Shown: positions 29,201-36,285 of the stretch, piece by piece
Position numbering within the stretch: the stretch's first letter is position 1
Layout of the letters: every line of letters begins with the position of its first letter
Assembly (NCBI GenBank): GCA_033763455.1
Contig: JANRKO010000028.1
Coordinates: 160,001 to 224,000 of the forward strand
Direction of reading: 5' to 3'
Length of the DNA stretch: 64,000 bases
DNA from: Polyangiaceae bacterium
GTDB lineage: Bacteria > Myxococcota_A > Polyangia > Polyangiales > Polyangiaceae
The notes under the pieces: model-generated
Database searches by the model: none
What the model saw: only the letters and a program-made list of their open reading frames with translations
Told to the model about the DNA's origin: nothing
Position numbers and translations under genes: made by a program

Positions 29201-29297
29201 CGAATGGGAAGATGTTGAAAGCGAAGCGAGTGTCGGAAAGAAGGCGCTTGTTCTCGGTCCATTCGAAATTCAGACGTTCAAGGTTTGGGCCAGGTAG
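26202..29297 (+). CDS. Alpha-mannosidase, GH38
   Basis: GHAHIDTAWLW, WLPDVFGYS, GGGGP, GELYLEAHRGT, NQFHDIIPGS, LLNDCKYG; no signal peptide apparent. Confidence 0.95.
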   Translation: MVHAHTDIRRQRLINFRQQLARSVIEEWIPLHAECALADGPMAFGERETLKYRPIKEGESWGSAWQSAWFHLQGKVPAHWAGSEVVARIDLNGEILVFDAQGCPKMGLTNGSVFDGHYNKDILRLYSRCVGGESVSVWLESVANGLFGVHREDPERLEDQGHLHGKHDGRAVALRLCRFNREMWHLWLDVDVLFSLWEALPNDSRRKRKVFRALNQAADVFVGEGRVEAARGALAPQLAIPADASALCLTAVGHAHIDTAWLWQVKESVRKCARTFSSQIDLIERYPGYVFGASQAQHYQFVKDHYPQLYTKIKAAVAAGSWEVQGGMWVEADANLISGESMVRQFVIGKNFFRAEFGVEVKNLWLPDVFGYSGNLPQILAKSGCPYFLTQKMSWSRYNKFPHNTFNWRGIDGSEVLAHFPPENNYNASVMPSSLLTADREYAETAICDEAISLFGIGNGGGGPKDEYLERAKRVANLNGLPSYQLGAAQPALERLSAHKAELSTWVGELYLEAHRGTFTTQANIKRLNRRLEEALRATEMLCATAGLASYPSWDLDQNWKALLLNQFHDIIPGSSIHAVYEVTTKELEGALSSCQALAANAVAALSTSDSEALSVFNPASTPYVGTFQLPAGFGSVALSDGTPLVCQATASGSVCHIMVPAQGFLSLRRLSNAPVAASVAGNGSSANVQVLENQWVRYEFDGNLRLVRAFDKELSREILVPNERGNELALYEDRPHAFDAWEVDEYYEQQKVDVAKVVPGSISRITGPVRQGLEARLTVGQSTLKQRVWLGEHSRRVDFVTEVDWAENHKMLRVSFPTTLRANEANFEIQYGFVPRPTHRNTAWDHARFEVVGHRYADLSEGDWGVALLNDCKYGYKVHGGVLDLNLLRAPTDPDPIADRGQHRFTYSLLPHVGQLAESVVFQEAAVLNQGLLSFAGVRWNATALPVTLQGEGVELSVAKKAENDECYVVRVVETRGYRAQAVLQAADPQARIVPTNLIEWEDVESEASVGKKALVLGPFEIQTFKVWAR

Positions 29298-29440
29298 TGG
29301 AGAGCCTCGGGTTTGGGGGCCGACTTTGGTGCACCACCTCATACGGAGCCGGCGCGGCTTCGTACGGCACCCGGGAATGCCAGAGAAACGCCTGAAGATC
29401 TGAATTCTGGGTTGGCGCCCTGTGATATGACCATTAATAG

Positions 29441-29570
29441 ATGACTATGGTCGTGAAACGGGCTTACCAAATGGCCGCCGGAGAATTCAAGGCGACATGC
29501 CTCAAGGTTATGGACGATGTTGCCAAGCTCAGGCGTCGACACCCACGCATTGATTTGCTGGGTGATGGAT
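29441..29570 (+). pseudogene. Collapsed phd/yefM-vapC toxin-antitoxin relic
   Basis: Antitoxin start MAAGEFKATCLKVMDDVAK joins, in another frame, VDTHALICWVMD (29535-29570), a VapC/PIN N-terminus; IR ATGACCAT/ATGGTCGT at 29427-29454. Confidence 0.7.
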
Positions 29571-29612
29571 CCCTCTCATCACCAAGGACGATCGGATCCA
29601 CGCTAGCAAGAC

Positions 29613-30431
29613 GTGTCGGGCCGTTTGGTGAGCTTGCAACCAAACGCCTCAGTGCACCCTCCTCTTGAGCAGCTTGGCTTTTGGGGCTCGCCCACGTCAA
29701 CGGTGGATTGGTGCGAGTCCAACTACGCCGTTTCTCGCTACATTGCTGAGTTCTTCAATACTACTTCAAGCTTGGTGATCCTGGCTGTCGCGCTCTTCGG
29801 AGGTCTTCTGCACTATCGAGGCGTAGAGCGGCGGTTCACGGCGGCCTTTGCGGCACTCGGCGTAGTGGGCGTGGGCAGCACGGCGTTTCACGCGACGCTC
29901 CGCTTCGAGCTGCAGCTGCTGGATGAGCTGCCAATGTTGTATACCGCGCTGATCTTAGTCTACGTTTTAGTGGAAAATCGCGCTTCGCGTCGCTTCGGCA
30001 AGTGGTTCTTGGCGCTCTTGCTCGCTCATGGCGTACTGGTCACAGTGCTCACCGCGTGGACTCGGAGCTCCATCCAGTTTTACCTCTTTCACGCGAGCTT
30101 CGGCTCGCTTGAGCTCTTCGCTCTAGTTTCTTGCATTCGAATCGGGCTGAGGCAAAGCTCGCAAGCGCTCCGTCGCGTTTTTCACATTGGCATAGGGTCG
30201 TACGTTTTGGGGATCGTGCTTTGGTTCATTGACCTAAAATACTGCAGCTTGGTGTCGTTTATGTTGCCAGGTTTGGGGCTCGTTAACCCGCAGCTTCATG
30301 CCGTGTGGCACGTCTTGGTTGCCTTGGGTTTTTACCATTTGCTGGTGCTGCTGATGTTCGATCGTTCGACAACGCTTGGCCAAAGTGCGCAGCTCCGGCG
30401 CCGCTTTTGGTTACCCGTTGTGGTGCATTGA
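29613..30431 (+). CDS. Alkaline ceramidase-like protein (CREST superfamily)
   Basis: FWGSPTSTVDWCESNY...IAEFFNTTS, GSTAFHATL, QLLDELPM, LHAVWHV; multiple TM segments. Confidence 0.9.
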   Translation: MSGRLVSLQPNASVHPPLEQLGFWGSPTSTVDWCESNYAVSRYIAEFFNTTSSLVILAVALFGGLLHYRGVERRFTAAFAALGVVGVGSTAFHATLRFELQLLDELPMLYTALILVYVLVENRASRRFGKWFLALLLAHGVLVTVLTAWTRSSIQFYLFHASFGSLELFALVSCIRIGLRQSSQALRRVFHIGIGSYVLGIVLWFIDLKYCSLVSFMLPGLGLVNPQLHAVWHVLVALGFYHLLVLLMFDRSTTLGQSAQLRRRFWLPVVVH

Positions 30432-30650
30432 GTAGCGCCCCCGGCTCCCTTGATGCCCTAAAATCGCTCGCTCCCCTGGAGTCCCGTGCACGTTGCCTCG
30501 GCTTTCACCGTGGGTTCGTGGCCTTCGCACAAGGGCAAACGCCGGATTCACGGGACCTTGCCAACCTGTTTGCGTACTTGCGCTCTCTTTGAGCGGAAGA
30601 TTGGGATTAGAACACCCATCCTCTCTCGGACGGAGGGCGCTGTTTACAGC

Positions 30651-31161
30651 CTAGCCCGCTTCAAACAGATCGAGAAATGCTCCCCAAGCTACAGCTTTGA
30701 CCCGGGGGCGAGAGCCGTGGAGCGGGTCGGCGATCGTGGCGGCCGATGCACCAAGTAGAGATCCAGCTCCGTGCCCTGCCTGCCTGCAGCTTGGTTCCAC
30801 GCGGACGCGAGCCTGTTCATGGGGGTCGCCATCTCAGGTTTCGGCGTGTGCGTGGCCTTCGCCTCAATCAGCCATGTTTTGCCTTTGTTGGGTACGACAA
30901 AATCGATCTCAAGGCCCTGTTGATCCCGAAAAAAATAGAGCTCGCGGCGATGCCCAGAATTGACCTGGCTCTTCACTATCTCGCAAGCAATGAACCCCTC
31001 GAACAGGCTCCCCACAAAAGGTGAACGCTCCTGGCCTTAGGAAACATTTTCCTGAGGAGGAAGGTCTTCCCCGAACGCCTTGGCCCCGTGAGCACCACTG
31101 CGGGGAAGTTCTTGAAGGCGGATTTCAACGCCGGAGACAGCTCACGTTCGACACTCCGCAT
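30651..31161 (-). pseudogene. Internally deleted AAA_14-DUF4143 gene
   Basis: N-terminus (TGPRRSGKT) joined out of frame near 31030 to the C-terminus (RSPFVGSLFEGF...YFFRDQQGLEIDF...IEAK); a second frameshift near 30702 restores PGVKAVAWGAFLDLFEAG*. Confidence 0.85.
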
Positions 31162-31198
31162 TTGAGAAATCTAACATTAAAATGTTAGATTTTTCAAA
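31161..31198. promoter_or_regulatory. Near-perfect AT-rich palindrome abutting the AAA-DUF4143 pseudogene start
   Basis: TTTGAGAAATCTAACATT-AA-AATGTTAGATTTTTCAAA, arms 17/18 complementary. Confidence 0.7.
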
Positions 31199-31406
31199 CC
31201 TCGCTCGGGCCCTCGCCCCGGTGGGACGCGGTAAACCTTTGTAATTCTTCAGCCTGGCCCTATGCCCTGCTGGGCGACGGCGGCTTCCCAGCATGCTCGC
31301 AGCCGCCGTATTTCCTTCCGGCAGAACGATCGTTGACCGTCCCGTTACCTTGAGGCACCTAATCCTAGCAACTGGCCGCGCAACTGGCCGAGGGGGGAGG
31401 ACCATC

Positions 31407-33074
31407 ATGAGATTCTCAAGAAATCTGGCGTATAAGTTTCACGCTCTCCGCCTTCAGTGGGGACTCTGCGTCGTTGTTTCATGCCTGCTGGCTTGTGAAC
31501 CAGCTTTTCAAAACTGCGCAACAACCTACACGTGCCCCCCGCGTGCGGGGATTGGAGGTGCAAGTCAGCTGGGTGCAGCAGGCGCGGGTGGGCAGGCCGG
31601 AATGCTAGGGGGAGCGGGCGAAGCTCTGACAACTAACACTCCTGATGTTCGTGGTGGCGGCACGAGTAGCGGTGGCACGAGTAGCGGTGGAGTAAGCAGT
31701 GGTGGAGTAAGCAGTGGTGGAGAAAACAGCAGTCCGACCTGCCCCCGGTGCGTTGGACTGGAGACCTGTGGGGGAACTGGCATTCCAAACGTATGCGGAT
31801 TACCCAAGTACAAGGTAACCATCACGCGTAGCGCGGAACCAGGATCAGGGGCAGCTGGAATTGTAGCTGGGGGCGGCCTGTCGTGTGGCAGCACTTGCGA
31901 GGTTACCGTCGATGCGGGCACGACGCTTTCGTTGCTTGCCAGCCCTCAAGTGGGATTTTATTTCAGCTCTTGGGCAGGTGGCGGATGTGGTTCAGACCCG
32001 ACATGTTCCACGTCGCCAATTCTAGCGGATACCGTCATTGATGCGAAGTTCACGCGAGCGAATGTTGTATTCGTTACCTCCTCTTCCTACACAGTCAGCC
32101 AACTCCTGACGAACGGCGCGGGGAACCCCCAGGCCGGCGCTGACAAGTTTTGCCAAACGCGGGCCGCGGCCGGCAGCGCCACGATGGGTGTGCAAAGGAC
32201 GTGGATCTCGTTGATAACGTTGGGGGACGGCTTGGGCACTGGTGCTTCTGCGAGGCTCACCGACAAGCGAGGCTGGGTGCGTACAGATGGCAACCCCGTT
32301 GGCCAGTTACCGGGAGAATTTATCGACGATTTCGTCGTCTACTACCCGCCAGCTCTCGATGAAAACGGCGTGCGGGTGTCACCTTTCACCGATGCAACCC
32401 TGGGTGATGGTTGCGCACGATGGACGTCAACCGCCGGCGGGGCCAACGGAGATTATCGCGTGTGGGGTGTCCCGACGGGAGGCGGAGGGAGGTGGGATGG
32501 CGCAGGGGCAAAAACATGTGACTCCAGCTTCGCTCTGTACTGCGCGAGCATTGACTACAACGCTATGGTTCGTCCCTCACTACCTATTGCAGCACAACTC
32601 GGGTTTCTTACTGACGCTCGCTTTGTGCCAGGTGGTGGGCTGGCTGCTGCTGATGCGCTCTGCCAGCAGGAAGCGGCGAAGGCGGCCTATCCAGGCACCT
32701 TCAAGGCATTCTTAGCTTCCGGTGGCGCCTCTGCGTTGAGTCGCTTTACGACATCTGGCCCGTGGTACCGACCGGATGGTGTCCTGGTTGGAAGCTTCGG
32801 CGACTTCAACGCTGATAGTCCGCACCTCCTTGCTCCTATTCAGGTCTCGCCTAGGCTCTCGTATTATGGCCTTGCGACCGATTGGGCTTGGACAGGCGCG
32901 CACACGCCGATCGATACCGCTACCGTCCCAAGGTGCACCAACTGGACTGCGAGCACAACTGCCGCAACCGGGCGCATAGGTGTCCCGTCAAGCACTAACT
33001 ATCTCTTCTTGGATAACGATGGCTACAATATGGAATGCGATCGGCAAGGCCACCTTTACTGCCTTCAGCAATAA
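31407..33074 (+). CDS. Lipoprotein with InlB-B/Flg_new-like repeat and two endostatin-like (DUF1554-type) domains
   Basis: Lipobox LLA-C; LLASPQVGFYFSSWAGG; GADKFCQ and AADALCQ...FKAFL, W.RPDG/RTDG twice, CTNWT, HLYCLQQ. Confidence 0.8.
   Translation: MRFSRNLAYKFHALRLQWGLCVVVSCLLACEPAFQNCATTYTCPPRAGIGGASQLGAAGAGGQAGMLGGAGEALTTNTPDVRGGGTSSGGTSSGGVSSGGVSSGGENSSPTCPRCVGLETCGGTGIPNVCGLPKYKVTITRSAEPGSGAAGIVAGGGLSCGSTCEVTVDAGTTLSLLASPQVGFYFSSWAGGGCGSDPTCSTSPILADTVIDAKFTRANVVFVTSSSYTVSQLLTNGAGNPQAGADKFCQTRAAAGSATMGVQRTWISLITLGDGLGTGASARLTDKRGWVRTDGNPVGQLPGEFIDDFVVYYPPALDENGVRVSPFTDATLGDGCARWTSTAGGANGDYRVWGVPTGGGGRWDGAGAKTCDSSFALYCASIDYNAMVRPSLPIAAQLGFLTDARFVPGGGLAAADALCQQEAAKAAYPGTFKAFLASGGASALSRFTTSGPWYRPDGVLVGSFGDFNADSPHLLAPIQVSPRLSYYGLATDWAWTGAHTPIDTATVPRCTNWTASTTAATGRIGVPSSTNYLFLDNDGYNMECDRQGHLYCLQQ
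31659..31718 (+). repeat. In-frame 15-bp tandem repeats (GGTSS x2, GGVSS x2)
   Basis: (GGCACGAGTAGCGGT)x2 followed by (GGAGTAAGCAGTGGT)x2. Confidence 0.9.
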
Positions 33075-33186
33075 AATGGTTGCGTCAAGGAGCCATCACG
33101 CGTCGTTGACGCGTCGGTCCTTCGGCTCGGAATCGGGACTATCCTATATCTAATCTAGTCAGGAAATCGGAATCGTACTCGACGCC

Positions 33187-34737
33187 TCAGCCCGGTGATA
33201 GCGGTTGGCAAGCGTTGGCACTACTGCACATATTGGAGGCACAAGGGCTGGATACCGGAGCTGGGCAAGACATAGCTCCACCACAAGTGGCGGCGTCCGT
33301 GAGCACACCCGAGGTACAGCTGGCTTGGCGGCAAACGGTATCAGAGGGTGCCGCGCTATACGTGCACTTGCCGGCACTATCGCACAGATCAGCCGTGCAT
33401 GGGTTGTTGTCATCGAGGCAGGGGGTGCCCGGACTTGCGAGGTTGGCCTGGCACGTGCCGTTCAAGCAACTGTCGGGCGCGTCGCAAGCAGAGGCGGAGC
33501 TAGAGCCACACGCTACGCCATCGTTCTTGTTGGGGTGCAGGCAGGCGGTACCTTGCGCGTTGCAAACGTCATCCGTGCATGCGTTCCCGTCGTCAGTGCA
33601 GGCCCCATTCGGTATGCATTCGCCCCCACACTTTCCGCCGGCGCATACATAGGTACAGGCGGTGACCTCTGACCCCCAAAGACCACTCGAATTGCAGAGT
33701 TGCGTCCCTGTGTTTTGAGCATTGCATCTGAGTGTTCCGGGGACGCACTCACCCGTGCAAGCGGCCAATGAGGCCCCATCGGTGCAGACGTACGGGCACT
33801 TGCTGCCCTCGGCACTCAGCACTCCGTTGGCGGAACACGTTTGGATGCCTCCCTTGGGACCACAAACCGAGTTGCCGGGAACGCAGCTGCCAGTGCACGC
33901 ACCATTGGTGCACAGATAAGGGCACGCGGGAGCATCCTTCCAAGTGCCGTTAGCCGCACAAGTCTGCGGCACATTGCCGCTGCATTGCTTGGTGTTGGGC
34001 ACGCAGCTTCCCGCGCACGCGGCCACCCCGTTACTTGCACGACAAACGAACGGACACGTTTGGTCAGTGTGCCATTCCCCGGAGGCATCGCAGATTTGAT
34101 CGGCCTTGCCGTTGCACTGCTGAGTTCCAGGAACGCAATGGCCGCCACACGCGCCATCCTTGCACACGAACGCGCAGGTCTGGATCCCTAGCCACTTGCC
34201 GTCGTTGTCACACTCTTCGGCTCCGTTGCCGGAGCAGCGTTGCGTATCTGGCGCGCATTCGCCAATGCAACCCTTCTGTTTGGCGTCGCAAGCAAACGGG
34301 CAGGCTGTCTTCTGCCAGCCGGAGCCGTCAGCACGGCACACCTCGTAGCTCCTGCCGTTACATAGCGAGGCGTTCGGCGTGCACACCATTGCTACAGCTG
34401 GTCCGCCACCCGTTCCCGAACCACCCGTCTCGGAACCCCCCGTCCCCACGCCAGTGTCGCTGCCACCGGTGTTGCTACCTCCGCTCGCATTCGCGCTGCC
34501 GCCTACTCCAGCTGCAGTACCTCCAGCACCGACAACCATCATTGCCCCACCGCTCCCGCCAGCCATCGCGGAACTTCCGCCAACTCCCAACGCGCCTCCA
34601 GTTGGGGGCTTGTTGCCACTCACGTTTACGCTTCCGCCGCTCCCATCCACCGAGGACATGAAGGCAGGCGGCGCCTCACCACCACAGCTGGCAAGACCGA
34701 GACCGAGGACAAAGGTAAGCAACGAGAACCGGGACAT
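33187..34737 (-). CDS. Cys-rich repeat lipoprotein
   Basis: Lipobox LAS-C, Gly-rich linker, about six C-x-P-x3-C...C...W...CPF/YxC repeats, then DDGNACTDDVC and DDNNPCTADLC motifs. Confidence 0.85.
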   Translation of the reverse strand: MSRFSLLTFVLGLGLASCGGEAPPAFMSSVDGSGGSVNVSGNKPPTGGALGVGGSSAMAGGSGGAMMVVGAGGTAAGVGGSANASGGSNTGGSDTGVGTGGSETGGSGTGGGPAVAMVCTPNASLCNGRSYEVCRADGSGWQKTACPFACDAKQKGCIGECAPDTQRCSGNGAEECDNDGKWLGIQTCAFVCKDGACGGHCVPGTQQCNGKADQICDASGEWHTDQTCPFVCRASNGVAACAGSCVPNTKQCSGNVPQTCAANGTWKDAPACPYLCTNGACTGSCVPGNSVCGPKGGIQTCSANGVLSAEGSKCPYVCTDGASLAACTGECVPGTLRCNAQNTGTQLCNSSGLWGSEVTACTYVCAGGKCGGECIPNGACTDDGNACTDDVCNAQGTACLHPNKNDGVACGSSSASACDAPDSCLNGTCQANLASPGTPCLDDNNPCTADLCDSAGKCTYSAAPSDTVCRQASCTSGVLTDAATCGGAMSCPAPVSSPCASNMCSSANACQPLSPG

Positions 34738-34865
34738 CCGGCGCTCCATAGCAAAAGCTGAAGTGTCCCGTGAAACTTTCTTTGGGGGTCTGGCAATGCC
34801 CGGGAATGCCCCGCCCGAACCTGCGAAATGTCTGAAACCTTTGGCGGTATTCTCGCCGTTCTCTC

Positions 34866-36092
34866 CTACGGACAAGCCGCGACCGAACGGATCCAGGCGT
34901 CCACCACGTCCACCCCCACCGGATCTACGACGCGTGTACCGATTTGGGGCATGCGGGTCATGGCGCCCAGCGCATGCATGCGCAGCGAAAGCACTGACTT
35001 TTCGGGGGAGCCAGGCAATAGCCGCATGGCGCCCGCAACTCCGAGGTCACCCTTCTGGGGGGCAACGTTACAGATTTGCATGTCTTTCAGCGACGTCTCA
35101 AACGTTGCCACGAAGTCTGGCGCGGCTGTGCCGGCGCGGTGGCAATTGGCGCAATTGGCATGGAGGTACGAGCGCGCACGGGTTTCGAGCGGTTGGGCGC
35201 CGTCAGAGGGCGCGGGGTAGGGGGTAACTTGGCGTGGTGTGACCTCGAATATTCCGATGCGTTCCCAGGTTGCCACTTGGTTCGAGGTGGCGCCATTCGG
35301 GTACTTGAAGTCCACGTTCAGCTGCGCGAGCTCCAAGCCAAGCGAGACGCCCGCCGCTGCCGTGTGGCACTGCAAGCACTGCTGGCGGCTCGGGAAATGC
35401 CAGGTTTGGTCCCCGTTGGGGCCCGCCACCGTCTTTTCGTAACCATCAGTATTAGAGTCAAGCAACATCGCGTCGGTTTGAGCGTCGTTCCACTGGTAGC
35501 TGTAGCCCCACCAATTGTCCTTATTCACGCGCACCAACAGGCGCGTTTCCACCATTTTACCGCCCACTTCGAAGGTCTTTACCAGCACGCTGCCGTCGGG
35601 GAGCTCCAGGTAGCCTTCGCTCTCGTACGTTCCCCCGCTCGCCGCGGGCCCGCACAAAGCGGGCGTGAGTGTGCAATCCTTGACGCGGATTTTGCCACTA
35701 TCGGGTAACGCCACAAAACGGCGCTTCACAGCGTTGTCGGACCAAAGTGGGCTCGCTACTGTGTAAGGGATGAGTGTGGGTGCGGGTTCTTTGGGATTCA
35801 GCGGATCCACGCACCCCGTTTGAGAGAGCAGAGTGGCAGCAGCAGTGCGCGATGCGGGTGGTTTGCAAGTTTGGCCGGTGGGGCGCGCTTCAAGGCCCCA
35901 GGTGGGGGTGCTCGGAGTGAAGCCGGCCGAGCCTCCGCGCCCGCCTGAGTTGGTTCCCCCTGGGCTCGCGGTCGCGCTGCCTCTGCCACCGTCGCTCTTG
36001 TTGGCAGGGGTCTCACTTTCCGCTGGGCGACAACCCAGGTTAACAGCTAAGCAGGCCGATCCGAGCCAAAGCCCGACAGATCCAGATTTCAT
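34866..36092 (-). CDS. Diheme c-type cytochrome lipoprotein (SO2930-like)
   Basis: NLG-C lipobox, LSQTG, SPLWSDNAVKRR, GSVLVKTF, ETRLL, CLQCH, RARSYLHANCANCH, RMPQIG. Confidence 0.88.
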   Translation of the reverse strand: MKSGSVGLWLGSACLAVNLGCRPAESETPANKSDGGRGSATASPGGTNSGGRGGSAGFTPSTPTWGLEARPTGQTCKPPASRTAAATLLSQTGCVDPLNPKEPAPTLIPYTVASPLWSDNAVKRRFVALPDSGKIRVKDCTLTPALCGPAASGGTYESEGYLELPDGSVLVKTFEVGGKMVETRLLVRVNKDNWWGYSYQWNDAQTDAMLLDSNTDGYEKTVAGPNGDQTWHFPSRQQCLQCHTAAAGVSLGLELAQLNVDFKYPNGATSNQVATWERIGIFEVTPRQVTPYPAPSDGAQPLETRARSYLHANCANCHRAGTAAPDFVATFETSLKDMQICNVAPQKGDLGVAGAMRLLPGSPEKSVLSLRMHALGAMTRMPQIGTRVVDPVGVDVVDAWIRSVAACP

Positions 36093-36285
36093 GATCTCCA
36101 CACTATACCCGGCGCACGGGCGGCAGTGGTGGCTAGATGCTGCAGCCTCGCCGGAAAAGCCTAGGGATTTCTGGAAAATGGACCGGAAATGAACACGTTG
36201 TCGAAGTCCTTGCAGCGCGAAGGATGTTAGAGTTTCGCCCCGGCCTTCATCACTGCAGTGATTAGCCCACGGAGCCCATCTGCCC

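Noticed and set aside
30526..30565. c-di-GMP-I riboswitch-like GGGCAAAC...GGGAC
   Set aside because: Lacks the GAAA tetraloop stem and the GCAAAGC/second hairpin, and is not upstream of a same-strand gene.
31368..31390. Short tandem duplications (GCAACTGGCCG x2; also GCTCGTGAG x2 at 16561-16579)
   Set aside because: Two copies only; compatible with slippage or chance, with no further support.
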